Positions 1 to 12,765 are shown, counted from the whole stretch's first letter. The stretch: DNA of 63,918 nucleotides, filler included, from Trichomonas gallinae (GCA_008369845.1; 6 parts of 6 records of this genome joined end to end with filler, not necessarily neighbours in it); one strand, 5' to 3'. Made by a program: numbers and translations. Notes: a model not told the origin generated them from the sequence alone.

Positions 1-1957
1 AACTTACATATATTAATCAGATGGACATAAAAATGATACTTTATAACTTTGAGATCTCAAATCCTATCACAAAGCCAGAATGCGAGTTGAAACACTTCTA
101 GTTTCATGCTCTTTTCTAGATGTGACTCTTTCTAAAATATGAATGGTAACAACATTATTGGTAATAACATAATAGAAACAACCCATTATTATATAATATT
201 TGAAATCAAATATAATAATGATGAATGCGATTATAAAGATATTTGAAAGGTTCATTACATGATGACGCAAATTGATTTATTGATTCAGGCTTACATGCAT
301 TAACTTAATTATTTTTAAGACATTTAAAATCAAAGTATGATAAATTCAGCCATTCAATCATCTCCTATATTTTATGTTATGAGAGAAGTTGTATGATATG
401 GATGTGACTTTAATATTTTGACTCATTTCGAAAATTGAATATATAATTTTGCGAATATGACTATAATTGACTAATTTATCTCTTGTTTCCTGTAATATGT
501 TGGTTTCTGTTTCTTGATACGACTCTTCTTCAATATGAACTGATGTTGGAAATTTAAATCTTGGTTTTTTCAGTTTTTTCATGAATTCAAGTAGTGTACA
601 CGGTTCTTTAGAGATTTCTGTACTTCTTGAATAGCTGCAAGACTCTCTTTTGGGAACTCTTTTATTTCTTGTCAACAAAAATATATATGAACCATGCCAA
701 CAATTATCCTATTTTTTATAGATTTTTAAAATTTCACAATTAAAAATAGTGATAAAATGAAAAATGAAATAATACAATTTGATCTACTATAGGAAATATT
801 TAAAGATATAATATTAGATTTAACAAAAAATGAAATATAACTATTTTCAATAAGATTAGAAATAATATAATTTTGACAAAAGCTAACAATGTAAAAATGA
901 CCTCAACATCGAATAGAATGGTATATTTTTGTTTTGCACATAAGTTGATAAAAATGAAACTAATGTTTTAATTTTAGTTTATTTATAAGATAATTTATGG
1001 ATTATGAGGTCTTTTATATGTATTGGGCAAAGTTTCAAGTAATAATTTGCATTATTGAAAAGGACTTATTTCAAATTTGGCAAAGTTAAGCGCATAAAAA
1101 CGAAAATCTGGTATATATACTCCTATTGATGTTGATTTCATTAGATCAGTATCATAATTTTGGACAAAAATTTTCATGAATTGGATTGATTTGACACGAT
1201 AACGAAAAAAAAGATAATACACACGCGGAGAAACCTCTAATAAGTTTGAATTTAATTGTAAAAGGGATTAGTGTACAGAACTTATCGAAATTGTCAATAA
1301 TTTGAAAGGATTTACACAGAAGCATCGTTTTAATGGAAAAATCTGCTCTTATATCATGATATTTAACTATCAATCGATTTAGAGATTTGAATTAGTCACC
1401 TTTTTCGTTAGTCTACGGGATTGATATTGAAAAGTATTTCTTTGGATTCATTGTTGTCAACTATAGCCAAATATGAGTAAATATTAAAATCGTCAAAAAT
1501 ATTCCGATGAAAAAAAATTCAATACTTCTAAATGATTTTTGATTAATCATGCAAAGAAAATACTGCATATTAAAATGTTTATTTTATTTGATTATATTTT
1601 AAAGTTATTTTTTCTAGCAGTACTCAATCTAAAAACAATTTCTAATTTAATTTGACCCAACATGTTTAACAGCTGATTAAAATGTGTTTTTAATTTAATC
1701 AAAATGAATTGATGAAAGTTAACAAAATTTGTATAGAAAAATTCATTTTCTCAATTTTTTATATTTTCAATGATCTGGCCAATTTTTTTTAGCCCTTAAT
1801 AATGATAGGTACTGTCTATAGAAGCAAAATGGAATAAATAGCTCACATATTGAAAAACAATTTTAGATTTAAAAATGCTTAAAAACCATAGGGTAACAAA
1901 TGTTACGTCAATTTAATTTTAACGTAGTTGACAAATTGATAACATTATTATTTTTGA

Positions 1958-2656
1958 ATGAACGCATACATCGTGATGTTCAAGGGACTTGAGTTCTATG
2001 CTCCATACGAAAGCCCACTCTCTGCTGGAGAGGTAAAGGATGAGATGTGGAAACAGCTGGATATCTCACCTTCTGAAATGATATTAATTTTTAATGGCCA
2101 AATATTGAAGGATGAGACTAACCTTGAGACATTAGGTGTTTCTCATGGATCAATGCTTCACTTGTATGTGAAAGGTTACGAAAATTTTCTTCTCCAGTCT
2201 CCAAAAAGGTTGATAAACGAGATCTTTTCACTTGTCTCGAATCTATTAACTGTTCCCGATGGAATGCTCATATGCGCTATCAAATCCATCAAAACAATCA
2301 TGAGCAACCCAACTGTTATCGCATTTACAAAGATTCTTCAAGAATTACAGGAAATTTTCAATGATATCCGCAATTATATAGATGAAATCCAACGTACTTG
2401 CAATGGCTCCATCATTTGCTCCATTTTGGCAATCGAAGACAGAAATTTCCTTAATTCGAATTTTTATGATATCGATAACAATAGATCTGTCCAGCACGAA
2501 AATTCGGTGTGTTCCGTTTACGAATCAAAGCATCAGCTTATTTATGATCCATATGAAGAAGTTGAAAATATCGAAGTTGAAGTGGAAGACCCAATCAATT
2601 TGAATTATATGCCTTGCATCAGCACAGAGCCATTGCCATACAAAGGAAGATTTTAA
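1958..2656 (+). CDS. Ubiquitin-like domain protein (232 aa)
   Basis: The N-terminal ~72 aa has a ubiquitin-fold pattern (EVKDEMWKQLDISPSEMILIFNGQILKDETNLETLGVSHGSMLHL). ATG start and TAA stop. Confidence 0.8.
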   Translation: MNAYIVMFKGLEFYAPYESPLSAGEVKDEMWKQLDISPSEMILIFNGQILKDETNLETLGVSHGSMLHLYVKGYENFLLQSPKRLINEIFSLVSNLLTVPDGMLICAIKSIKTIMSNPTVIAFTKILQELQEIFNDIRNYIDEIQRTCNGSIICSILAIEDRNFLNSNFYDIDNNRSVQHENSVCSVYESKHQLIYDPYEEVENIEVEVEDPINLNYMPCISTEPLPYKGRF

Positions 2657-3064
2657 TCTTATTTTTTTGTTTGTTTGTAAATATTATTGTAGTAAATTCT
2701 AGAAATATTTAGAAAATATGGTTTAACTTTCCCATATTTAACTGTATCTATAGTAAAAACTTTGAAAATTAGATAATGAATCAAGTTTGATATCAATAGT
2801 TTTCATCAACTTCTTTAATTATGCATTATTTCGATATTTCTAGATGTTGTAGTGTTTACTGTATCAATGAGTCGGTTTATTTTAGACAATAAAAAATCAA
2901 TAGAAAAATATTTATACAAATATTAATTATAATGGAATTTGATTAACAAAATATAGCATTATATGTTTTAAGCTCTGATTGATGAGCTTGAAACTACAAA
3001 TTAATGACAAAATCAATTCTGATTTTTGAAATTTTGCTTATTATCTATGGTAATGTTATAATAT

Positions 3065-4528
3065 TCATGGCTTGTGGCTAGTCTTCATATATTGATGAAC
3101 AATCTCTTTCATTTCTGGTAAAATGCAGAGATCTATTGGAAGAAGTCCATCTGAGTTCTTAATGGTTGGATCAGCACCAAGTTCAAGTAGTAACTTAACA
3201 TTTGCAGCATGTCTTGACTTAATAGCAAAAGTTAATGGAGTATCTCCAAGTGGACCAATAACATTGATATTTTGTCCCTGATCTATCAAGTATTTAATAA
3301 CCTCAAGTCTCGGACAAGCTGCAGCTCCGCTTATTTCATCACCTTTAAATTTTACTCCATGAGAAAGCAAAACGTCAAGAGATTCCTTGCTGCCGTTGAA
3401 ACAGGCTATGAATGTGATAGAAAGGGAATCTATTGTCAGTAAATCTGTTCTTGCTCCATTTTGCAATAATAATTCAACAATGCTTGGATGATTGTTTGCG
3501 ACTGCGAAAAAGAGAGGTGTTCTATTTGAGTCGCCTATACTATTGACATTTGCACCATTTTCTATAAATAATTTTGCAAGATCATAATATCCTTGGTTAG
3601 CAGCCATTGCGAGCGGTTGAACGTCACTTGAATTAATTTGCTCCAAATTTGCGCCATTTATCAATAAATAATGGCATAAATCAACGGCTCCATAAAAAGA
3701 TGCCCAATTTAACGGAGAATCTCCTTCTGTGTCCAGCATATTAACATTATAACCTAATTTTAAGCCATAAACTAGTGCAAGACTGTTGCAATCTCTGATG
3801 CATTGCACTAATGAGAAATTTGGTGAATACATACTGAAAATCCATGAAAATATTTCATCCTGGTGGAATTTTATAGCAATATCTATGCAATCTTCAAAAG
3901 AAAAATTCAAATTTGCCAATGATTCAACAATTTCAATATTTCCACCAATGATTGCATCAATTATAACAATGTCTGTAATAGCAAACTGGTTGATTAAACA
4001 CCAATTAAATATCCTAGAAGCTCCAAAATAAGCTGCAACTGAAATTATATTTTTCAAAATTCCATCTATATTGATCATATGCGAATATAGATTAACTTCT
4101 GTACTCATTTGTATGAATTCGTCGAAATTGTCGTTGAGAATTGTTTGTCCTATTGTACCATTTTCGAAAATATTTTCAACAAGTTTGTAATCAGGAAAAT
4201 CCTCGTGTAATGGATAAAAGAAGTTATTTGGCAATGCAATTTCTCTCTTTAAAAGATAATTTATAAAGTAAGTATTTTCGATATTAAAATTTGAACGAGG
4301 AAGCATAGCCCAAAAGTCTCCAAGCGTTTTGTAATATCGTCTGTTTGAGTTTGCTGAGCAAAGAATCATTCTATAAAGCATATTGATAATTGATCTATCT
4401 GAATTTGCAACAATTTCCTTAAATTTCTCGATATTGTCACCACAAGGCCTAAATACAACGTTTTCTATTTCGCGATGATTGATCAGCATCTCAGGTAAAA
4501 TTGATTCATCATATGGAAATTCACTCAT
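3065..4528 (-). CDS. Ankyrin-repeat protein, trichomonad DUF3447-type (487 aa)
   Basis: Several C-terminal ankyrin repeats (GDSPLNWASFYG, NRTPLFFAVANNH, GDTPLTFAIKSRH). They follow the AAYFGA..IF / AIIGGNIEI / AIKFHQ segment typical of the expanded trichomonad family. Confidence 0.9.
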   Translation of the reverse strand: MSEFPYDESILPEMLINHREIENVVFRPCGDNIEKFKEIVANSDRSIINMLYRMILCSANSNRRYYKTLGDFWAMLPRSNFNIENTYFINYLLKREIALPNNFFYPLHEDFPDYKLVENIFENGTIGQTILNDNFDEFIQMSTEVNLYSHMINIDGILKNIISVAAYFGASRIFNWCLINQFAITDIVIIDAIIGGNIEIVESLANLNFSFEDCIDIAIKFHQDEIFSWIFSMYSPNFSLVQCIRDCNSLALVYGLKLGYNVNMLDTEGDSPLNWASFYGAVDLCHYLLINGANLEQINSSDVQPLAMAANQGYYDLAKLFIENGANVNSIGDSNRTPLFFAVANNHPSIVELLLQNGARTDLLTIDSLSITFIACFNGSKESLDVLLSHGVKFKGDEISGAAACPRLEVIKYLIDQGQNINVIGPLGDTPLTFAIKSRHAANVKLLLELGADPTIKNSDGLLPIDLCILPEMKEIVHQYMKTSHKP

Positions 4529-4941
4529 TTTTTAAAAATAGAAGTGATTTAGATAAATTTATCTATCAAAGTAATGCATATACTGATATTATATATATAA
4601 GAGAATATCATCTCATTATAAGAAAACTTAATAATATTGCTCGTTTTTCCTGGAATAAAGCGATGCTCGTTATCCAATTTCGATTGATACATGTTTGCAT
4701 TGAAACATTGTCATGATGTTATGATGTTACACGTCTAAAAACATATCTTTATCATCATGGTTAATTCTTTTTTTTTTTTTTTTATAACGTAATGATGGAT
4801 TTGCAAGAACTTAGTTTGTAAAGGAAAATGTTATTTCTTATGAATTATATGATATAGAGAACATATAGATTTGGCGCTCTCTATAAAGCAAATGTTTATT
4901 AACAGTCAAATGAAGCACTAATAAAAGCTGTTACTTCATTA

Positions 4942-6770
4942 TTAAAGAATAACTGGAGTAATATAATATAGTATCTTATAATTCCTACAAACATAAGGAT
5001 TGTCTTGCAGTGTTTTATATTGGAAAAATGATGAACTGAACAATGCAAATGTGTGCACAATTCTATTTGATTCATATTGGTAACTGTCCATTGCGAAAAC
5101 TGTGAAATAGTGGATGCCGTTAGTTAAACCTTTGAGACTTTGATTTACTTGAAAACCATGAAAATCGGAATCAGTCAAGTCCAAGCAGTGCTGTTTAGAC
5201 GCAGTTCTGTTATCTAATAAAGTCATGATGCAAACATTCTTATCAGGATCTGTATCCCTGACTGCTGCATTAAGGAAAATTATCTTTGACATGTCGTAAT
5301 AATATGGTAAATTGTCATTAGTCATTACATCAGGCGACCTATTCTTAACAATCGTGAAATCAAAAGATCTTATTGATGAATTGATTCCATAACTATCTGT
5401 TGCAAACACTTCGATCGTGTGCTTGGAGCCAATTGTGTAGTTTGGGATGTCAAACCAAAGTTTCTCTCTGATAATTGTGTCATTGCTTTGTAATTTTTTG
5501 CTGTAATATGTTATAGACCCTTCTTTGATAAAAACATCAACATATTCATCATCTGTTAGGCCAATATCAATAAGAGCAATATCTTCTGGAATATAATACT
5601 TCTTTGGCTCAGTGAAGATTTTGATTTCTGGAGTTTTGGTGACAAGGATATCGAATGAGAATTCTTGTGTTATATTATTTTTCGTGAACGTTTCGTATTT
5701 GATTGTATAGTGGCCACCTTTGCAATCGAGATAGAATATGTCGTTATGAATGATGTCTGTGCCTTTGTCTTCAATATTTGTCAGGATTTCACGCGCTGTG
5801 CCGTTGAATGTTCGACGAACTGTTGCATATTCGCCTGTACCGAGTGAAAGGAGTCTGATGTGGACGGAGATTGTTGAGTTAGTTTCGTAGTGGGAGTCGA
5901 GATTATCACGGAGTTGAAGAGTGTATCCAATCATTGTTATCCTTACTGCACCATGTCCTGGGTTTCCAGTGATTTTCTCGTTGAGTGAGAATCTCGAAGG
6001 CATCAAAGTGTTTCCTGGTATTGTTGAAGCATTAATTAGTGATAGTGAAAAGAATGAACTTCCACCCCCACCAGTTGCAGCATAATCATACCCAGCAGCA
6101 CCTCCATAAAAGCCTCCTCCACCCCCACTACCATAACCTGCCCAATAAGCACTCCCTCCATAGAACTTTCCTCCATTCCATCTCGAAGTTGATGGATTTG
6201 TTCCACCAGAATTTTGGTTTCCTGCAGTACCACCTGGGCTACCCTGAGACGGTGATTTCCTGCCATCTCCTCCTTTCTCACCACCCCCATAGCCTCCTGG
6301 ATTGCTTGTTTTATCATCTACAGCTGATCCAGCGCCACCTGCAGCAAAAACTATTCCGCTTTCGTTCTGGGGTTGATCAAGAGAAACAAAACTCATCCCA
6401 CCTCCTGACGCAGATAAAAATAGGTTAGATGTGCATCCTGCGCCACCTGCACCATATGTTTTACGTGAACAACCTCCAGATGCAGCAGGAATACCACCTT
6501 CTCCTGGAAAAATAAACAAAATTGATTCTTTTGTGATTTCAAGAATTCCTTCAACATATCCTCCTCTTCCTCCTTCTGAAAATACTGAGTTATACGTTAC
6601 ATTGCCTCCTTGGGCACCCCATGCTTCAATTTTGTACTTTCCAGGCCGAATATTCTGTCTGTATGGCTGGCATGTGTTAGGATCAGAGTATTGGTATTCA
6701 TATAAGTAAACTCCTGGTGCAACAAGGCTCGTTTATCAGCTGAATCACCATTAACAATTTATTTTTTCAT
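4942..6770 (-). pseudogene. Glycine-rich domain (ALK/LTK GRD-like) protein with a beta-rich C-terminal region; 5' end disrupted
   Basis: The frame stays open upstream of the listed ORF (LVAPGVYLYEY...PGKYKIEAWGAQGG...GGRGGYVEG) to a TAA near 6735. The probable ATG at 6770 is followed by an in-frame TAA (ATG AAA AAA TAA) and a 1-nt frameshift near 6733. Sequencing error is an alternative explanation. Confidence 0.65.
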
Positions 6771-8009
6771 TATTTTGATGGAAACTTTATCGGCATTTTT
6801 CTCAACATCCTATTAGTAACTTGTCTATTTTATTAATCATTATGGTGTATAACAAGTGCAATAATAAAACTTATTTGTTATATTTCCTAAATTTTGCTTT
6901 AGTAATGATAAATTTAGAATTTTTTTGTCTGCAAAGCAACAAACATTTAGCCTATGGATTATGCTATTAATTGAGTGAAAATAGTAAGTATTCTTCTATT
7001 ATATGCATTGCAAAAGCATTCCAGAGCTGAATTTATAGGATTGAATTCGCATTTTCTTGAAATGATGAATCTGAGTTAATAATTGAATTGAGTCACAGTA
7101 AATTTGGTATTACTTCCATATATTCAACGGTTTTTCATCTCAATAGTTCATTATTATTGTTTGCAACACGTTATTCAAGAACAAACATCACAATGTGAAC
7201 CAATGATAAATTTGGAAATAAATTTAGCATCACTATAATGATCATTTATCAAACTCCTCAAAGAACACGTGTATCATTACATTTTATCAATCACCTACCA
7301 GATAGGAATATCAGCTTCATTAGAGTGATTTCATTTTAATGATATGTTTTATTGAATATAAAGATGAGAAAATCTTGATAAGACACGATTTGAAAACAAA
7401 TAGATGATATTTTTATTTCTATCATTATATATCCTCGAATAACTTCTTTTTACAATCATATGAAAGATACCATTTATCTATTTTAGCATAACATTAAACA
7501 ATTTGGTATTTGATTAATTAATTTTATTGTAATGTATTATTGACTTAAGATTATCTAAAGTTTGGATTCTTTTGTACATAGCATGTCTGTGTTTTGCATA
7601 TATACAAGGAAAAAGAAATTTTGAAAATAGATTAGAGAAAGAACTGTTCCTGCTCTATATCAGATTGTGAATAAACTGTATAATGATTTTTATGCATATT
7701 TTATAAATAGAAAGACTAATTCTCTCAAATTAAAGAAAATATTAACATTTTTCAATAAAATCTTGAATTATTGCATGCAATTCATGAATATGCATATATA
7801 AAGCTAGTAGCGTCTGTATTTATAGTAAAAATGTAGTCAAAAGCTATGATTTTTACAATTTGACCCATGAATCGAAAATTTTTCGATAGAATGTTATATT
7901 TCAGCTAGAAGATGCATAATGATAAGATTTTGGCTACAAAAAGAAATTCAATAGTTTATATCAAAGAGTGAACTTCCCCGAACGATAGGATTGAGAGGTA
8001 AAAATGATT

Positions 8010-8027
8010 TCATTGTTTCATTTCATT
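8010..8027 (+). promoter_or_regulatory. Tandem initiator (Inr, TCATT) elements
   Basis: Three TCATT motifs lie within ~30 nt upstream of the HMG-box ATG and match the trichomonad TCA(+1)Y(T/A) Inr. Confidence 0.6.
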
Positions 8028-8041
8028 TTTGCTAGTTGTAG

Positions 8042-8347
8042 ATGCCGTCAGCGTTCATCCTATTCTCTAGTGAGATGAGGCCGAAGATTAAGGCCGAAAA
8101 TCCAGGCATATCATTTGGAGAAGTCGCGAAGAAACTCGGTCAGCTTTGGAAAGATCTCCCTGAAGAGGAAAAGAAAGTTTACAAGGATAAGAGCGATGAA
8201 GAAAAGGAGCTCCACAAGAATGACGCTAAACCAGAGAAGAAAGAAAAGAAATCTCGCAAGAACAAATGCCCAAAGAAAAAGGGTAGCGAAAATAAGAAGA
8301 AGGGAAGTGAAGACAGCAACGAAAATGAAGAAGAAGAAGAGACATAA
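8042..8347 (+). CDS. Single HMG-box protein (NHP6/HMGB-like) with basic and acidic tail
   Basis: [46 protein letters not shown] is a canonical HMG box. Confidence 0.95.
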   Translation: MPSAFILFSSEMRPKIKAENPGISFGEVAKKLGQLWKDLPEEEKKVYKDKSDEEKELHKNDAKPEKKEKKSRKNKCPKKKGSENKKKGSEDSNENEEEEET

Positions 8348-8458
8348 ATACTGACTTAATAAATAATTATTTTAATTTCGAATACTATGCTATTATACAA
8401 GCTTGATTTGACTTATAAAAAAAATTTACATGACAGATACTGGTAGCAAAATAATATA

Positions 8459-9763
8459 ATGGAAGCTAGAAACATAAATGACGAACAATATGAACATCTA
8501 AATACAATGTATTCTGATTATATGTCTGCAATGCATACAATATATTATCTAGATCCTTCTAAAATTCCAGATTTAATATTAAATTTGCACAATATCATCA
8601 CAAAGCACGATTTAGAACCTGAATTATTTATAAAAGTTATGTTTAGAGCGAGTCTTGAAGCAATACATACACTGGAAGCATATGCAGGATTGATTTTTCG
8701 ATTTTGTTCAAAAGAATCAATTAGCAACAAAATAATTAAAAAGTACGTTCGTTTTCAATTGATGTATTCGATATTAGCCAAAAAATACAGCAAAGAATTA
8801 AATATTGAAGATTGCACCGAATATAATGATCAGTCTATTGAAAAATTACTTAATTATAACTGTGACAATGATTTACTATTGGTAATTTATAATGATGACT
8901 TAAAATCATTAATAAAAATTATCGATGAAAATAATTATGACTTAAATATGAGTGTTAATGAAAATAAGCTCATTGACTGGAGTGCAATATATGGCTCAGT
9001 CAAATGTTTTAGGTTTTTAAGAAGCAACGGACAAGAACTTGAATCAATAGAAAACGCGATTTCAGGAAGAAATCAAGAAATAATTGCAGAAGCTTTGCAA
9101 GAATCCAACTTAGATGATTCAACGTTGATAAAGCTTATTTACAGAAGTATAGACTCTTATCAAAATGATCTTGCAATTAATCTGCTCATGAAATCTGATT
9201 ATGAGCGTATTCTTATAGATGCAGAAAGAATAACAAAAGTCTGCAATTTACAAATATTTCTCTTCTTGCTTCATAATTCAGATTTTATAATTCCCCAAAA
9301 TGCAATTGCGTGTGCAGTACATTTTGGAATTCCTAGTTTAATAGAGAAATTGATAAAATTTGGTTTTGAAATTGATGTAAATGACTCAAATAACTATTCG
9401 CCACTATTAATTGCCGCTCTACACAATTATTATAGTATTGCCAAAATGTTGATAGTTCATGATGCGAATTTAAATTATAAAGATGGTCAAAACAATACAC
9501 CATTAATTTTTGCTGTCAGGTATCAACACATTGACATGGTGAAATTGCTTTTGGACAGCCATGCGCTTGTCAATGCACGAAATTCAAATAACTGGACAGC
9601 TTTGCATTTTGCTGTCAATCAGAATGAAATTGAAACTGTCAAACTACTCGTTGAAAGAGGCGCAGATGTCAATGCCCAAGATATATGGGATAAGACTCCA
9701 CTGCAAATAGCTTACGATCATAACTACAAAGAAATCATAAATTTTCTCGCTACAAAAATTTAA
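8459..9763 (+). CDS. Ankyrin-repeat protein, trichomonad DUF3447-type (434 aa)
   Basis: Ankyrin repeats (YSPLLIAALHN, NTPLIFAVRYQH, WTALHFAVNQN, KTPLQIA) and a SAIYGSVKCFRFL motif. Confidence 0.9.
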   Translation: MEARNINDEQYEHLNTMYSDYMSAMHTIYYLDPSKIPDLILNLHNIITKHDLEPELFIKVMFRASLEAIHTLEAYAGLIFRFCSKESISNKIIKKYVRFQLMYSILAKKYSKELNIEDCTEYNDQSIEKLLNYNCDNDLLLVIYNDDLKSLIKIIDENNYDLNMSVNENKLIDWSAIYGSVKCFRFLRSNGQELESIENAISGRNQEIIAEALQESNLDDSTLIKLIYRSIDSYQNDLAINLLMKSDYERILIDAERITKVCNLQIFLFLLHNSDFIIPQNAIACAVHFGIPSLIEKLIKFGFEIDVNDSNNYSPLLIAALHNYYSIAKMLIVHDANLNYKDGQNNTPLIFAVRYQHIDMVKLLLDSHALVNARNSNNWTALHFAVNQNEIETVKLLVERGADVNAQDIWDKTPLQIAYDHNYKEIINFLATKI

Positions 9764-10517
9764 CTAATACCTGTTAAATGCAAATATTCTCGCAATCATG
9801 TTTATGCAATTATGTGTTTCCGACTATACTATAGCTCATTCATTACTTCAAAAAAAAATCAAGATAGAACCTATTTATTACGATTTAACTTGATGATATA
9901 TTTATAACTAGTATGAGTTGTTAAATTGAATTGAGCATACTTGCGTTTATTCTATATTGGATCAAATTCAAAATATCAAATCTATGGCTTTAACACAATA
10001 TTGAGATACTTTCATATATAATATATGTGAGGCTAGTTCTCATATGATTTGTGTTATTAGAATAGTTCAATAGAATTTATATATTAAGATAATTGTCGAT
10101 ATTGAGTCCTGAGAGAAAAAAACACAAAGGAGCCCATCCTTATATTTTACTCAAAGGATTTGGAAAAAATTGGTCTAAAAACAAAATAAAATCACGAAAT
10201 TTATATAAGATTCTTTTTGATGGGGAAATTGCAAATATGACTCTTAGTTACGAGCAAAAGCACATAATATTATAAAAATAATGTCTTATGATTATGAGGT
10301 GCAAAGTTCAAAAATGAATATAGACAACTACTCATAAATTGATGTGTAAAGCTATCAGTGATACTATGTGAAGGATTTGGATACAAGAATTTGTGTATAT
10401 TGTTTTGTTTTGCTAGAAAAAAATGCAAATAAAAATAACATGAAAACTAATAATATATTTCAACTTTTATTAATTAAATACAACAGTAGAATATTAATAA
10501 ACACCTGATAATAAAAT

Positions 10518-11354
10518 CTATCTATACTCTCTGTTATAGCTTGGTGGAGAAGGATAATTTGAATAGCGATAATCTGTGGAAGGAGGAAGCATCTGACGAA
10601 ATTCATCCATATTTTGTCTTGGAGGCCATTGTTCCTCTCTTTCATTTTGTTCATATCTTTCATAATACGGCATTCTTGGTTCTTCTCTGTAAACTTGGTC
10701 TCTTGCACCTCTGTCATAGCTATCGTGTCGGCTATAGTGCTGATACGGGTCGTACATATCTTGTCTATCATATCTTGGATCCACTGGTGCCATCTTTGGC
10801 GGATATGTTGAGCTATATGCATCATATGGTTCATCAGGATATTTTCTAGGAGAAACCGCTTGATTCCTATAATCATAATAATCATTAGGAACAGAATTTG
10901 GTGGTTTTTCGTATCTCCTTGGTTCATCTCGTGGATTTCTGTAGTATTTGTCTCTTGGTTCAGGTGGATAATTATCTCTGTAATATGGATCTCTTGGTTT
11001 CGACGAAGGATGTCTATCATAATTGAGTTTTGAATCCGGATAACGCATTGTATCACGGGCCTTCGATTTGTCGGAGGATCTGCGTTCAGCAATTGAAACT
11101 TTTAATGTTCTTCCTCCGAATAATGTTTTGTTGAGGCCCTCTACCGCGGTTTTAGCAATACTTTCTGTTTCCATTATGACAAACATCACTCCACCGAATT
11201 GATTTGAGTTCGTTCTATTTAAAGATTTGATTTCGACTACGCGGCCGAAAACGGCGAACAATTCTCTGATTTCCTCCTCTCTTGTACTGAATGGGAGGTT
11301 CCCGATGTAAACAGTTCGGCTGTCAACTGAAGCCGAATCCTGTTTTTCGCTCAT
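10518..11354 (-). CDS. RRM RNA-binding protein with a low-complexity Y/R/D/P-rich tail
   Basis: RNP2 (VYIGNLPF), RNP1-like (GGVMFVIM) and GGRTLKVSIA. Confidence 0.9.
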   Translation of the reverse strand: MSEKQDSASVDSRTVYIGNLPFSTREEEIRELFAVFGRVVEIKSLNRTNSNQFGGVMFVIMETESIAKTAVEGLNKTLFGGRTLKVSIAERRSSDKSKARDTMRYPDSKLNYDRHPSSKPRDPYYRDNYPPEPRDKYYRNPRDEPRRYEKPPNSVPNDYYDYRNQAVSPRKYPDEPYDAYSSTYPPKMAPVDPRYDRQDMYDPYQHYSRHDSYDRGARDQVYREEPRMPYYERYEQNEREEQWPPRQNMDEFRQMLPPSTDYRYSNYPSPPSYNREYR

Positions 11355-11844
11355 TTTTGATTTTTGGAAAAATTAAATTTGCTTTTATTGCTAAATATAG
11401 ACTATGCTATAGCAGTCTCATGCAAATGACTGTCAATAAACTACAAAAATCACTCAAGATCTCACTAAAATCGTTCTAAAATGTAATTGTATTATAGATA
11501 TGTGAAGTATATCGACATTTTGTCAATATTTTAAAATCAAAATGAATATTTCATCTGCAATTTCGAAGATATCATAAAAAAACTATATTATTTTTATGAT
11601 ATAGTTGCAATTATTATGATATATTGATATATTAATGAGCAAATAATAATCATTCATGATGATTTGCAATTTGAGAAACTTTATATAGAACTGTGTTCTA
11701 TATGCATTGTAATGTTTCATTAAAGACAAAATTGAAATCTCTCACTTTCATATTATCCATGAAGTAGCGAAAAATTTCAACAATTTTTAAATTTATAAAA
11801 ATAGATATGATTATGCAAGTTGAAAACTAAAATTTCCGTTTTAT

Positions 11845-12762
11845 TTACTTGTCCTGTGGGATGCAAGCCATTGTAGCCTCACCACACTGGTTGTTCTTGT
11901 CCTTGACCATACGGATGTAGCCCTTCTCACCCCATGATGCGCCCCATGAGTTGCGGACGATCCAGTAGTTCTTGGAGCCTTCTGTGCCGTAGCCAACGCA
12001 GCCAACACCGTGGTCGAGGTTGTAAGCAGAGCAGCGGGATTCATCATAGATACCACCGGAGTAGAGCTGGAATGACCACTGGGAAGCATCGATAGCAATA
12101 GCAGCTGGACCCATTGTAGCAACCTTAGCAGCAAGATCCTTCTCTGAGCCTTCTTCGACGTTGATGTGTCCCTTGATCATGGAGCCAGCCTTAGCAGCGT
12201 TGAACTTGCAGGAGCCATCGCGAGCTGTGTATGGGTAGTCAGCGAGGTAGGAGAACTTGCCGCCCTGGTGAGCAACAACATAGTCATAGGCAGCATCCAT
12301 AAGGCCACCATTGCAGCCATAGCAGGATGTAACGCAATCAACAAGGTTCTGTTCAGAGAGCTTCTCGAGCTTGCCAAAAGCAATGGCGTACTGGGACTCC
12401 TGAGCCTGGATGGCAGAGAAAGCCCAGCAAGAGCCGCACTGGCCCTGGTCCTGAACTGGGTTGACAACACCCTTTTCACGCCAGTCGACAGCATCGTTAG
12501 CGATGGCGTTGGATGGGATAGCCTTGCGCTGAACCTTGTTCATGCGGAAACCAAGGAGAGACTTGTACTCAGCTGGTGTGAGGTGAGCGAGCTTGTTAAG
12601 AGCGACTGTGAAGCCGAGGTTAGCAGCGTTGTGCTCCTGGACAAGGCGCTTGTTGGAGAGCCAGATGCCGAGGCGAGTCTGGTACTCTTCGCCTGTGAAC
12701 ATGTTGCCTGTCTCACGCATCCAGCCGAGGAAGGCCTTCTGCTCGTGTGTTTGGACGAACAT
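11845..12762 (-). CDS. Cathepsin L-like cysteine peptidase, clan CA family C1 (TvCP4-like)
   Basis: Intact catalytic motifs QGQCGSCWAF, LDHGV and WIVRNSWG, with a pro-region. Strong GC3 codon bias. The 305-aa sequence closely resembles T. vaginalis CP4 as I recall it. Confidence 0.97.
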   Translation of the reverse strand: MFVQTHEQKAFLGWMRETGNMFTGEEYQTRLGIWLSNKRLVQEHNAANLGFTVALNKLAHLTPAEYKSLLGFRMNKVQRKAIPSNAIANDAVDWREKGVVNPVQDQGQCGSCWAFSAIQAQESQYAIAFGKLEKLSEQNLVDCVTSCYGCNGGLMDAAYDYVVAHQGGKFSYLADYPYTARDGSCKFNAAKAGSMIKGHINVEEGSEKDLAAKVATMGPAAIAIDASQWSFQLYSGGIYDESRCSAYNLDHGVGCVGYGTEGSKNYWIVRNSWGASWGEKGYIRMVKDKNNQCGEATMACIPQDK

Positions 12763-12765
12763 TAG

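Noticed and set aside
67..1373. Short minus-strand ORFs 67-270, 358-678 and 1152-1373
   Set aside because: They are short, mostly non-ATG and without recognisable motifs. At most they are decayed fragments that I cannot assign.
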